64,000 nucleotides of DNA, from contig CAZLRP010000002.1 in the NCBI GenBank assembly GCA_964562105.1, positions 19,222 to 83,221 on the forward strand, in the 5' to 3' direction. Below are positions 9,605 to 20,500 of this stretch, one piece after another. Source of the DNA: an uncultured Candidatus Saccharibacteria bacterium (GTDB lineage Bacteria > Patescibacteriota > Minisyncoccia > Phycocordibacterales > GWA1-40-21). Under the pieces are notes generated by a model. The model was not told where the DNA came from. It did not search any database and was given only the letters and a program-made list of their open reading frames with translations. The first letter of the stretch is position 1, and the number at the start of each line of letters is the position of its first letter. Both the position numbers and the translations under genes were made by a program.

Positions 9605-10093
9605 TTATTTCTCAAATTCTTGTAATAATTTAATATATTCTTGTTGTCTTTCTTTTATAACCCAATTCTCTCCTAGTAGATTAATTTTATTTTCATTTAT
9701 AATCCATTTACACATACCACAAAAAAATCCTTTTGGAGTTGCAATAAAAAGCCAGGGACAATTCCATCTATCTAAAAGTTTCTGCGCATGCGCTTTGATA
9801 TCATCCATATCTAGTAACTGTCGATATTTTACTTCCACGAGATAAAGTTCAGGTTTATTTTTTGATTTTAAATCTTCAGAGATTAAAACAAAATCTGGTG
9901 CTTCTGAAATGTTTTCAATAATATGTTTAATTTCCGTAAAATGATGTTGATATTGAGCAAGCATTGGCATTGTATATTCGTAGCCAAATGGAATAACTGT
10001 ATATCGTTTTTCATCTCGAATCATCTGTTCAAAAATAACTTCTGCTATTTTCCCTTTTATTAATTCTTTTGAAAATTTGATTTCTTTTTCCAT
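9605..10093 (-). CDS. PD-(D/E)XK nuclease-like protein
   Basis: KGKIAEVIF...PDFVL...LVEVK pattern; likely start MEKEIKF. Confidence 0.65.
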   Translation of the reverse strand: MEKEIKFSKELIKGKIAEVIFEQMIRDEKRYTVIPFGYEYTMPMLAQYQHHFTEIKHIIENISEAPDFVLISEDLKSKNKPELYLVEVKYRQLLDMDDIKAHAQKLLDRWNCPWLFIATPKGFFCGMCKWIINENKINLLGENWVIKERQQEYIKLLQEFEK

Positions 10094-10103
10094 GTTATTT
10101 AAT

Positions 10104-12392
10104 TTATTTCGCCACCTCGACCGCCTCCTCAAACTGAATAGAAAGTAATCTTGAAACTCCATCTGAACCCATTGTCACTCCATAAATTACACCCGCACGA
10201 GACATTGTTTCTCTATTATGAGTAATAAGAATAAGCTGAGAGTATTTTGAAAGTTCGGTTATCATATCTCCATATTTTTTAGAATTGGCTTCATCAAGAG
10301 CCGCATCCGTCTCATCAAGAATAATAAATGGTGGCGGATTGACCTGAGAAATTGCAAAAAGAAGCGCGATGGATGTAAGAGCTCTTTCTCCACCAGAGAG
10401 CATCATCAAGCCCTTTATTTTTTTCTTCGGCAGATTTACTTCAATTTCCAAACCCTCTTCGGTTTCTTCCTCTTCTTCTTCGACTAATTCTTCACCGTCG
10501 GATTCTACAGGTAAATCCGTATCAAGTTTTTTTCTCTTCTTTTCTTTAACAACCGAAAGTGTGGCTGAACCTCCTCCAAACATTGCAGTAAAAAATTGCT
10601 GGAATTGAGTATTTATTTTAGCAACTCCAGTTTTAAATTCTGTTGTAAGCTTTTCTTCCAATTCTTTGATTAAATTCTTCAAAGATTCTGATGAATTGAT
10701 AAGGTCTACAAGTTCTTTTTCAAGGAAAGTGTCTCTTTCGGTAGTTTCTTTGTATTCTTTTACAACATCATCTCCACCAGAAACTCCGGCATCTTCTAGA
10801 CGAATTTTTATCTTTTCCATTGCGCGCTTTTTATCTTCCTGTACTTGTCTTCCTTCTTTGACAATCTGTTCCAAAGAAAGCGCTGAGCCGTCTGCATTTG
10901 TAGGCCAAAAATCTTTGTATCTAAGCGCGGAAATTCCTACTAAAATAGAAGCCTCTTGAAGTTCCCTGTTAAGCTCATCTTCGTCATGTTTCAATCTTGA
11001 TTCCCTATTTTCAAGTCCGTTTAACTTACCTCTTATTTCATTTTGTTCAGCAACAATTCTAAACAAAGATTTTTCGGCATCTCTGTTTGAATCCTTTTCT
11101 TTTTCAATATCGTTCTTCAAGAAGGAATATTGCTCAGAGAGTTCTGTTTCAATATTATTTGCTTCTTTTAATTTTTCTTCATGGCCCTTTTTCTCTGATT
11201 CAAGTTTTTTAATTTCTTCTTCCAAATCTGTGATAGCTTGTTTATCTTCATTTTCTTTGTTTCTTTCAATAAAATCACGAAGAATTTTTTTAATTGAAGA
11301 AAAAATTTCTTTTATTTTTGAAAAATCATGGCTTTCATTTACTCCATCAATTTCCAAATCTATTTGTTTAGAGATATTTTCAACAGCCGATAAATCCACT
11401 GTTTTTAAAGACTTTGCGGAATTTGCTTCGTGCTGTTTTTTAATCATCCTTTCTAGGGATGAAATCTCTCCTTCAATACGCCCAATACTCCTCATCAGAT
11501 TATCTTTTTGATTACGAGTTTCTTTGAGTTTTCCTTCTACTTTGATAACTTCCTCGCTTCTTGAGTCTTTAGAAGATGATTTCTCTAAAACTTGTTTTGC
11601 CTCGGCAAGTTCCCTTTCTAATTTGTGTGACATTTCAAGCAAAGGCTTTTTTTCGCTAGAAATGCTTTGTTTTTCATATTTAATATATTCTTCCTCACGC
11701 CTGAAATAATCGTGATACATTTTTGTAAGATCCTCCTTCATCTCAAACATCTTTTCTATCTTTTCCACTTGTTTTTTCAAAAACTTGATATGAGGAGCAA
11801 TCTCTCTTCTCAGGGATTCTACTTGCTTTATATTTTCTTCTGTCTTTTCAAGTTTGCGAACACTTTCATCTTTTTTGTTTTGATAAATCTTCAAACCTAA
11901 AGCATCTTCAATCATTTCTCTTCTCTCGCGAATGTTTGAATTTAAAACTTTATCGGCTTCTCCTTGAGAAATGATTTGATGGCCAGAAGCGCCGATATGC
12001 GCAGAAGAGAGCAGTTCAACAATATCTTTCAAACGAACAACGCTTCCATTTATAGAATATTCGCTTGAAGAGTCTCTATTCACGACACGTTCAATAGCAA
12101 CTTCGTCAAAGTCTATATTTAAAATCCTTTGGATATTATTGAAAACTAATTTAACAGAAGCACGATTTGAACGCGACGCATCTTTTCCTCCGTTAAAAAT
12201 AAGGTCTTCGGCTCTTTTACCTCTCAAAGATTTGATGGATTGCTCTCCCAAGACAAAGCTGAATGCTTCTGCAACATTTGATTTTCCTGAGCCGTTTGGC
12301 CCTACAATAGCAGAAATAGGAACATTAAAATCCAATACGGACTTTTTCCCGAATGATTTGAATCCCGATATTTCTATTGATTTTAGATACAT
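10104..12392 (-). CDS. smc: SMC-family ATPase, shortened (762 aa)
   Basis: GFKSFG, GPNGSGKSN, SQGE Q-loop, LSGGE signature, FIILDETDAALD, ITHN; coiled-coil middle. Confidence 0.9.
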   Translation of the reverse strand: MYLKSIEISGFKSFGKKSVLDFNVPISAIVGPNGSGKSNVAEAFSFVLGEQSIKSLRGKRAEDLIFNGGKDASRSNRASVKLVFNNIQRILNIDFDEVAIERVVNRDSSSEYSINGSVVRLKDIVELLSSAHIGASGHQIISQGEADKVLNSNIRERREMIEDALGLKIYQNKKDESVRKLEKTEENIKQVESLRREIAPHIKFLKKQVEKIEKMFEMKEDLTKMYHDYFRREEEYIKYEKQSISSEKKPLLEMSHKLERELAEAKQVLEKSSSKDSRSEEVIKVEGKLKETRNQKDNLMRSIGRIEGEISSLERMIKKQHEANSAKSLKTVDLSAVENISKQIDLEIDGVNESHDFSKIKEIFSSIKKILRDFIERNKENEDKQAITDLEEEIKKLESEKKGHEEKLKEANNIETELSEQYSFLKNDIEKEKDSNRDAEKSLFRIVAEQNEIRGKLNGLENRESRLKHDEDELNRELQEASILVGISALRYKDFWPTNADGSALSLEQIVKEGRQVQEDKKRAMEKIKIRLEDAGVSGGDDVVKEYKETTERDTFLEKELVDLINSSESLKNLIKELEEKLTTEFKTGVAKINTQFQQFFTAMFGGGSATLSVVKEKKRKKLDTDLPVESDGEELVEEEEEETEEGLEIEVNLPKKKIKGLMMLSGGERALTSIALLFAISQVNPPPFIILDETDAALDEANSKKYGDMITELSKYSQLILITHNRETMSRAGVIYGVTMGSDGVSRLLSIQFEEAVEVAK

Positions 12393-12459
12393 TGAACCTA
12401 TATTATCAGATTATTTGATAAAAAAAAGACCGGCAAAAATAGCTTTATTTTTGAGAAAG

Positions 12460-12789
12460 CTATTTTTGTTCCTGTAAAGATTTGAGATTCCTTATGAATG
12501 ATTCTATTTCTCCATCTTCGGTATCAAAATATTTATAGTTTGACAGATCAAAAGTATCTTCAGAAGAAAGTAAAACCCCTCCTAAAAAATAATCTTTTAA
12601 TTTCAGACCGGCATTTTCAAATTCTTTTTTGAAATCATTTATTGAGGTTGCAACTTCATAAGCATCATTTGAATCAACAAAAAATTTGGGCAGAGATGAC
12701 ATAATATCCAAAAGTTCGGCAAATTTTTGTTGTCGTTCATTTTGTTCTTGCTGTTCTGCCGATGAAAAATCTTCTTTAAATTCTTCCAT
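12460..12789 (-). CDS. Acidic hypothetical protein
   Basis: 109-aa ORF between rnc and smc, same strand. Confidence 0.7.
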   Translation of the reverse strand: MEEFKEDFSSAEQQEQNERQQKFAELLDIMSSLPKFFVDSNDAYEVATSINDFKKEFENAGLKLKDYFLGGVLLSSEDTFDLSNYKYFDTEDGEIESFIRNLKSLQEQK

Positions 12790-12795
12790 AAAAAA

Positions 12796-13497
12796 TTAAT
12801 TTGCTGACCAATCTTTGGCAGAAAGTGCGTTGTTTGCGGCAACTTGTTCTGCTTCTTGTTTTGATTTACCTTCACCTTCCGCAACTTTAGTTTTATCCAG
12901 ATATACGCCTACTGTAAACTTTTTATCGTGATCCGGGCCTTCTTCTTTTAATGTTTTATAAAGCGGCGTTATACCTTCATAATCCTGCGCCTGTTCTTGA
13001 AATTTGCTTTTTGCATCAAGCCATGTTTTTTCTTCAATTATTTTTTCTATCAGATTAAAGATGTTGTTTGAGATAAAATATTTTGCTACATCATATCCCT
13101 GATCCAAAAAAATCGCTCCGATCAAAGCCTCTATCGCATTTGCTAAAATAATCTGCCTTGCCCGTCCAACATCTTTAGCTTCGCCTTTTGAAAGCAATAA
13201 AAAATCATTCATATTTATTTTCCCCGCAGCATCCGAAAGAGTGTTCGCGTTGACAAGCGCAGATCTATAGGCAGTAAGCTCGCCTTCATTGCTGTCGGGA
13301 TATTTTACATAAAGATACTCGGTAACGATAAGTTCAAGCACGGCATCTCCTAAAAATTCCAATCTTTCGTTGTGAACCAACTCTGAATCTTTGTGTTCAT
13401 TCAAATAAGACCTGTGCGTAAAGGCTTGTTTTAATATATTTTTATCTTTAAAGATAATTCCTATTTTTTTTTCGAAGTTTGAAAAATCGGGTTTCAT
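12796..13497 (-). CDS. rnc: Ribonuclease III
   Basis: HNERLEFLGDAVLEL signature; C-terminal dsRBD (GPDHDKKF, GKSKQEAEQ). Confidence 0.98.
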   Translation of the reverse strand: MKPDFSNFEKKIGIIFKDKNILKQAFTHRSYLNEHKDSELVHNERLEFLGDAVLELIVTEYLYVKYPDSNEGELTAYRSALVNANTLSDAAGKINMNDFLLLSKGEAKDVGRARQIILANAIEALIGAIFLDQGYDVAKYFISNNIFNLIEKIIEEKTWLDAKSKFQEQAQDYEGITPLYKTLKEEGPDHDKKFTVGVYLDKTKVAEGEGKSKQEAEQVAANNALSAKDWSAN

Positions 13498-13519
13498 AAA
13501 TTATGATTTATTATTTTTA

Positions 13520-13655
13520 TCCGCACACTAATTCTATCATCGTTGCATCGTGTTCTTAATATCAGTAAATATTATGTTGTTTATTAAGTAAGTTTAATTT
13601 TATATAACTAATCTCTCTGCGCAACAAAAACACAATGATAGAGTTAGTGTGCGGA
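13520..13655. mobile_element. MITE-like element, family B copy 1 (TIR TCCGCACACTAAYTCTATCAT)
   Basis: 21-nt terminal inverted repeats; homologous to 52863-53000; supplies the last codons and stop of nusB. Confidence 0.8.
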
Positions 13656-14543
13656 CTTGCTACTTATTATTGTTATAGCTTTTGTGATGATCGGCAATAT
13701 ATCATTATAAAAATTAAGGTTTTGAATTTCTTGAAGCTTGAACCATTTGGCATCATCAAGGCCTCCGCTGTCTCCGCGTTTTAATTCTGTTCTCTCGGCT
13801 TTTGCAAGAAAATATATCACCTGTTTTCTTATTTTTCCTTCTTCGGGATGATTTGCCACATATTCATTTTTTAAAAGTTCATCTTCAATCGTGATATCAA
13901 TACCCATTTCTTCTTTTATTTCCCTCACCGCTCCTATTTTTGGATCTTCGCCTGCATCTATCTTTCCTTTTGAAAGAGTCCACTTCCCAAAAACATCGTG
14001 AACGAGAGCAAAATAAATATTTCCGTCTTCAACACTATAGACCACAGCTCCCGCGAGTTGTTTTATCGGCATTTGCTCAAACGGAACATCTTTATGTTTT
14101 TTAGAAACTTCGTCTTTGCCTGGCTCTCCAAGCTCTTTGTATATAGTGCCCAAAACTCCATTTATAAAGCCTCCGCTCTTTTCTCCGCTGTAAGTTTTTG
14201 CAAGCTCAATAGCTTCGTTAATTGCAACTTTTGCCGGAACTTCTTTTCTATCAGAGAACAACAGCTCATAAAGCCCCAGACGCAAAATATTTCTGTCGGC
14301 GATAGAAATTTTTTCTATCGGCCAGTCAGGCGCAGCTTTTACAATAATACTGTCCAAATCCGTTTTTTTATCAATTATTCCTTTCAAAAGATTTTCGGAA
14401 AAATTTTTTTCTGCATTTCCCTCTCCAAATTCTTTATTATTTCTTTCTAGAGATAATAAAGCTTCTTCTCTTGAAGAATTTCTAAAATCCCACTCAAAAG
14501 CGGATTGAAATACTATTGATCTTGCAAGGTGCCTGCTAAACAT
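13644..14543 (-). CDS. nusB: NusB fused to a C-terminal NUDIX hydrolase
   Basis: SRHLAR, DRNILRLGLYEL, VAINEAIELAK, FINGVLG; then KG...GAVREIKEEMG Nudix box. Confidence 0.92.
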   Translation of the reverse strand: MFSRHLARSIVFQSAFEWDFRNSSREEALLSLERNNKEFGEGNAEKNFSENLLKGIIDKKTDLDSIIVKAAPDWPIEKISIADRNILRLGLYELLFSDRKEVPAKVAINEAIELAKTYSGEKSGGFINGVLGTIYKELGEPGKDEVSKKHKDVPFEQMPIKQLAGAVVYSVEDGNIYFALVHDVFGKWTLSKGKIDAGEDPKIGAVREIKEEMGIDITIEDELLKNEYVANHPEEGKIRKQVIYFLAKAERTELKRGDSGGLDDAKWFKLQEIQNLNFYNDILPIITKAITIISSKSAH

Positions 14544-14776
14544 ATGATTTCTTTGAACTTTTTAATCCGTCTCAGACGGATATGGCTTATTTATCACTGC
14601 ACGTATTCTATCTCAAAGCTAAAAAAAAGAAAAGGCTTCGCAGTAAAAAATATTATTGCAAAAACTTTTTTAATAAAACAAAGAAGTTTCCGTTGATTTA
14701 AAATATTTCTCAAGATATTATTATCCCCATTTCAGCAATAAAATAAAAAATACCCTTTTGGGTATTTTTTTATTGC

Positions 14777-14998
14777 CTATGCTTTTTTCTCAGATTTTTT
14801 AGAGGTTTTTGATTTTTTTGTCTTTTTTTCAAGGTTTATCACAACTCTCCCTCTGTATTTTCCGCAATTTGAACATGCCTGATGCCTCATCACAGGATTA
14901 TTGCAATCTGGGCACTTTGTAAGTGCAATCCCCTTCAAAGCATGATGTGATCTCGTGCTTCCTCTCTGGGATCTATTATGTCTCATTCTATTTACCAT
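14777..14998 (-). CDS. rpmF: 50S ribosomal protein L32
   Basis: RSHHAL...CPDC...HQACSNCGKYRGRVV. Confidence 0.95.
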   Translation of the reverse strand: MVNRMRHNRSQRGSTRSHHALKGIALTKCPDCNNPVMRHQACSNCGKYRGRVVINLEKKTKKSKTSKKSEKKA

Positions 14999-15081
14999 AG
15001 TGAAAAAGAGTATAGCTTATTTTCTTAAAAAAGAAAAGCCCGTGAGATTTTTTTCGTAAAATCTCACGGGCCTTAAAAAAT

Positions 15082-15516
15082 TTAGATTCTGAATGTTTTA
15101 TCAACCCGTGACATATCGTCAACAGCTTTGATAAATGCTTTCTGGTAGTTCATAAAGAGTTTTGCTAAAAATTCTTTAGGAGCCCATAAACAGATTTTCA
15201 ACGTTTCTTCGTTTGTTCTTTTTACAATTATTTCTTCACCGGGGACTATTTTTCCGGAGATTTCAGTAACCAAAAAAAATACTTTATTATTCTCTCCGTC
15301 TTCCCGATAAACTTCTCGAAATTTTATAGGGGTTAATTTTTTGTTTGTATTTCCCAAAAATTCTCGTACAAGTGTTTGATCAAACCTTTCTGGATATTTT
15401 CCATATCCTCCCAAAGGCTTCACCTTATCGGGGTCTCTAATATCAGTAGCTCCCAGTATATACCATGCGCCTCCTATCCTAATGATACAAAATGCCACAC
15501 AATACCAACTTTTCAT
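15082..15516 (-). CDS. Degenerate NUDIX-like protein, paralogue of the next gene
   Basis: WYILGATD.RDP..VKPLGG...TLVREF; GGAGG SD. Confidence 0.7.
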   Translation of the reverse strand: MKSWYCVAFCIIRIGGAWYILGATDIRDPDKVKPLGGYGKYPERFDQTLVREFLGNTNKKLTPIKFREVYREDGENNKVFFLVTEISGKIVPGEEIIVKRTNEETLKICLWAPKEFLAKLFMNYQKAFIKAVDDMSRVDKTFRI

Positions 15517-15657
15517 TTTGTCCTCCAGTCATTGATGTTTTACTTCTATTTGTAGTTTTATCATATTGATACAATACGTCAAGCAATTTAAATAATAAGA
15601 AAACCCTAAAAACTCCACTCGCGTAAAATTTTTAGGGTTTTAAAAATAGCTTAAAAA

Positions 15658-16182
15658 CTAGAACTTCATCACGGAAAATCTATCATACATCTCTAGATTA
15701 TCTTGACGAAACTTTTCATCGGAGTTCGCCATCGCAAGAAAAGCTTTAACAAAACCATTTCTGTGATTGATAAGAAGTGCTTTCTCAAAATCCTGAAGAG
15801 TCCACCAACGAACTTTTATCTTGTCTTTATCGTCGGTAAATTCCCTGATGAAATCAAACGGAAAATTTCCTGTAGCATTTTTCACCAAATAAAAATACCT
15901 GGTGTGTATGGTTCCTTTGACTCTACCAGGAATCTTTACGAAATGGGCTTGAAGACATTCACCGTTTGTCCTAAACCCAGTTTCCTCATAAAACTCGCGT
16001 TTTAAGGTATCGCCCGGTGTTTCTTCAATCAATTCCTTCGTCTCATCATCTTTATTCGTACCCCCTGGAATTTTAGCATCGTTTGGGAAACGAGAATCCG
16101 TGGCACCGAGAACTTTCCACCGGTTATCTTTCGTATCAAAACTGAAATAAACTCCTGCCGAAAAATGATCGCTGGTATTCAC
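15658..16182 (-). CDS. NUDIX hydrolase-like protein
   Basis: KIPGG...ETPGDTLKREFYEETG; GTG start with AGGAGG SD. Confidence 0.8.
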   Translation of the reverse strand: MNTSDHFSAGVYFSFDTKDNRWKVLGATDSRFPNDAKIPGGTNKDDETKELIEETPGDTLKREFYEETGFRTNGECLQAHFVKIPGRVKGTIHTRYFYLVKNATGNFPFDFIREFTDDKDKIKVRWWTLQDFEKALLINHRNGFVKAFLAMANSDEKFRQDNLEMYDRFSVMKF

Positions 16183-16371
16183 TTTTCCCTCCTAGGGAAA
16201 CAAAATTTAAAAAAGACCTTAATTAATTGGTCTACCGCTAATAGTACACTTTTATTTCAATTTGTCAAGTTTAATGACTATTCGTTTTAACGGCTAAAAA
16301 TGAAATTTGTAAAAAGAGAATCCGCGCAAGCTTTATATTAGCCTGCGCGGATTTATAACTCGTACTCTAAA

Positions 16372-16737
16372 TCAATAAGGACTATTACCACTCCATTTAT
16401 ACACATGAATAAACCCGTCGGGATCTTTCCATACCATATTCAATATTGATTTAGCTTTAATGGTAATAGAATATCTTGTCGCCAAACATGTCTCCATACC
16501 GTATTTCGGATCATCCACCGACATTTCTCTTTCACCAAGAGATTCTAAATGTAAATCTTTAGTATTACTAATGAGAAATCTTTCTTTCATCAACTTGGTA
16601 ATATAGCGATCCAGGTTTTTTTCTTTAGGAAAATTTACTATGGGAGGAACTTTTAATCCGGTCATTTTCTTTTCTTCCATCAAAAAACCATAGGAAGCAA
16701 CGTCGCTTGTAATGTACAGTACGATTTTTTTCTTCAT
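16372..16737 (-). CDS. Hypothetical protein in an SD-led cassette
   Basis: Start MKKKIV after AAAAAGGGGA; TTGACA/TATAAT promoter overlapping the rnhB 3' end. Confidence 0.7.
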   Translation of the reverse strand: MKKKIVLYITSDVASYGFLMEEKKMTGLKVPPIVNFPKEKNLDRYITKLMKERFLISNTKDLHLESLGEREMSVDDPKYGMETCLATRYSITIKAKSILNMVWKDPDGFIHVYKWSGNSPY

Positions 16738-16808
16738 ATTAATCCCCTTTTTGCTCAATTTAATGAGTGTTTTTTGATTCAAATTACTATCTCTCTACAT
16801 TATAGCAC

Positions 16809-17468
16809 TTATAAAATATTTGTCAATAGATTTTTACAAAAATATTTCCTATGTTCAAAACAAAGACCATGTTTTTTTATGGAGTCACAATGTCTTTTCG
16901 TACCATACCCCTTGTGTATTTCAAAAGAATATTTTGGATATTTTTTCGCAAGTCTGCACATCAGAGCGTCTCTTGAAACTTTTGCAATAATTGAAGCAAA
17001 AGCTATCGCTCTTTCTTTTTCATCGCCTTTTATGATAGTTTTTTGGTTTTTGTATTTTTCCGGAGCTTTTAGTCCCCCGTCAAGTAATACCAGGCATTCT
17101 TTCGGTTTTAGTTTGAGTTTTTCTAAAGATTTTTTTAAGCAATTTTTAATCGCTTTGCTTATTCCAAATTTATCAATTTTTTGAGCGCTTTCATAACTTA
17201 CACAATAATCGATAGTTTTTTCTTTCTTAATCATTCTTAATTTTTCAAAAATTTCTTCTCTTTTTTCTGGAGTCAATTTTTTTGAATCTTTTATCCTGCC
17301 AAAGTTTTTTGTATTAAAATTCAATGGCATTTTGAAAGCACAAACTGCCACCGGGCCTGCAAGAGGCCCTCTACCCACTTCATCTATTCCCACAACAAAT
17401 TTTATTTTGGAAGCCACCCCATAAGGATTTTTTACATATATTTTTTTACTTTTCAAATTTGATTTCAT
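16809..17468 (-). CDS. rnhB: Ribonuclease HII
   Basis: GIDEVGRGPLAGPV, DSKKL, KGD, ASIIAKVSRD, HKGYGT. Confidence 0.97.
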   Translation of the reverse strand: MKSNLKSKKIYVKNPYGVASKIKFVVGIDEVGRGPLAGPVAVCAFKMPLNFNTKNFGRIKDSKKLTPEKREEIFEKLRMIKKEKTIDYCVSYESAQKIDKFGISKAIKNCLKKSLEKLKLKPKECLVLLDGGLKAPEKYKNQKTIIKGDEKERAIAFASIIAKVSRDALMCRLAKKYPKYSFEIHKGYGTKRHCDSIKKHGLCFEHRKYFCKNLLTNIL

Positions 17469-17570
17469 ATAAATTTTAATTCGCGCATTATGTATTATTT
17501 TCCATTGAAAATCCTAACGGGGCAAGACTTTTTATTTTTCATAAACTAAAGTATTATTAATAGTAACATT

Positions 17571-20500
17571 ATGCCTAAATTTATTCATTTACATACGCAC
17601 AGTCACTACAGTTTGCTTAACGCCCTGCCTAAATTAAAAGAGCTTATTCATACAGCAAAAGATTTAGATATGCCGGCTCTTGCTTTGACAGACGCAGGAA
17701 ATATGTACGGAGCAATTGAATTTTATCAGAATTGCAAAAAGAACGGGATTAAACCGATTATCGGAGTAGATTTTTATGTCGCTGCAAGAACTCGCACTGA
17801 CAAACAAGGAGGCGTAGATAATCGCCGAACTCGCCTAGTTCTTTTAGCAAAAAATGAAATCGGCTACAAAAATCTTATAAAACTTGTCACTGATTCTTAT
17901 TTTGAAGGATTTTATTATAAGCCAAGAATAGATCGCGAGCTCATAGAAAAATATTCTGATGATTTGGTCTGCATTATGCCACATTTTTCTGGAGAAACTT
18001 CCCACGCCTTAAAAAATGGAGACATTGAAAAAGCTGAAAATATTATAAATTGGTATAAAAAAGTTTATGGGAAAGAAAATTTTTTCTTGGAAGTAACACA
18101 TCATCCTGAAATAGAAGGACAGATTGAACTCAAAGAAAAAATTATAAAATTAGCAAAAGAAACGAACACTCAGATTGTAGCAGGACACGATGTTTATTAT
18201 CTTAAACCAGAAGATAAAATGGCCCGAGATACACTTGTCCAAGTAAATTCGCATTCGGACTTTTCAGACCGAGAGCAAAAAGAAAGCGCTGATGATTTTT
18301 CTTTTATCTCATCTGAAAAAGCAGAAGAATATTTTAAAGATATTCCGAAAGCTTTGGAAAACACGCTTAAGATTGCGGATATGTGTAATATTGAAATAAA
18401 GCTTGGTAAAGAAGCGTGGGTATTTCCAGACTTTGTAGTAGAAAGTGGCCTTACACACGATGAAGAATTAAAAAGGCTCACATATCTTGGCATAGATAAA
18501 AGAAATCTTTCGCATTCAAAAGAAGTTATAGATAGAGTTGAATACGAACTTAAAATCATCAAAGATAAGGGTTATTCAAAATATTTTCTTGTGGTATCCG
18601 ACTTGTTACGTTTTTCTGCAGAAAATGGAATCTATACGAACATCAGAGGTTCGGTCGCAGGATCAATCGTCACATATCTCACCGGCATTACAAAAGTAAA
18701 TCCGCTTGAATACAAACTTCCCTTCGAAAGATTCCTTAATCCTGAAAGACCTTCGGCACCCGATATTGATATGGACTTCGCCGACAACAGACGAGACGAC
18801 GTCATAAATTATACAAGACAAAAATATGGAAAAGATAATGTCGCACAAATTGGAACTTTCGGTACGATGATGGCTCGAGGTGCCGTCCGAGATGTTGCAA
18901 GAGCAATGGGCTTTCCGCTTCCCCTTGCCGATAAAATTGCCAAACTTGTGCCTTTGGGCGCGCAAGGTTTTCCGATGACCCTCAAAAAAGCACTTAGAGA
19001 TGTTCCGGAACTTAAAGAAATGTATGATAACAATAAAGATACAAAAACTATCATAGATATGGCAGAAAAAATTGAGGGATGTGCACGACATATTTCTGTT
19101 CACGCAGCCGGAGTTGTAATAGCACCAACAGCACTTACAAAGTATGTTCCGCTTCAATATGATCCTAAAGGCGAAGGGAAAATTATCACTCAATATGACA
19201 TGCACACCGTCGGTGAAGACGGCGTTGGACTTTTGAAATTTGATTTTCTTGGAATAAAAAATCTTTCAATACTTGCTGATGCCGTAGACAGAGTTAAAAA
19301 AATTGAAAATATAGATTTGGATATTGAAGCTATCCCACTTGATGATAAATTGACTTTTGAAATGCTTGCCCGTGGAGAAACCACCGGTCTTTTTCAGCTT
19401 AACGGCTCTGGAATGACAAAATATCTGAAAGATTTGAAACCAACAACTATCCATGATATCAACGCTATGGTTGCTCTTTATCGCCCAGGACCTATTGAAA
19501 TGATCCCCGAATATATAGACAGAAAACATCATCCTGAAAAAATAAAATATCTTGATCCGCGACTTAAAGAAATTCTTGATCAATCTTACGGGGTTATTAC
19601 ATATCAGGACGACGTCATGCTTACTGCTATAAAACTCGCGGGATATTCTTGGCTTGAAGCAGACAAACTTAGAAAAGCTATGGGTAAAAAAATCCCCGCA
19701 GAAATGCAAGCTCAGAAAGAAAAACTCTTAAAAGGTTTTGTTGAACACGGACTCACTGAGAAAAAAGCAGACACTCTTTGGAAACTCATTGAACCTTTTG
19801 CCGCTTACGGATTCAACAAAGCTCACGCTGCAAGTTATGGAAGAGTTTCTTATCAAACCGCTTATATGAAAGCAAACTTCCCCGCAATTTACATGTCTTC
19901 CGTGCTTACAGCAGATTCAGGGGATGTAGAAAAAATCGGCGAATTTATAACAGACTGCAAAAAAATGGGGATTCCAGTATTACCTCCATCCGTCAATGAA
20001 AGCTTCAGCGATTTCACTGTTGTAAAAACTCCTAGTGTAAGTCCACACGGAACTGGGCCAGATAGAGATAAAATTCGTTTTGGTCTTACAACAATTAAAA
20101 ATTTCGGTGAAGGAATTTCAAAAACCATTATTCACGAAAGAAAAGCAAAAGGTAAATTTAAATCTCTTTCAGATTTTCTTGAAAGAATTCAGACTAAAGA
20201 TATGAATAAGAGATCTCTTGAAGCTCTTATAAAAACCGGTGCACTTGATGACCTGCCTGCGCAGTCAGGATTTGCAGATAGAGGTGTCATGCTCGCAAAT
20301 ATGGAAAATCTTTTGAGATACAATAAAGAAGTAAGTAAACGAGACCAAAATCAGGATTCCCTTTTTGGAATTTTTGATGGTAATAACACACCAGATGACA
20401 CAAAAAAATATGAGGCCTTTACTCTTGAATCCGCAGAAAAAGCTACAATGAAAGACAAGCTCGCTTGGGAAAAAGACTTGCTCGGACTTTATATTTCTGG

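Noticed and set aside
20030-20060. Possible further hairpin insertion in DnaE (TPSVSPHGTGP)
   Set aside because: Weak pairing and no second copy in the window; may be an ordinary variable loop
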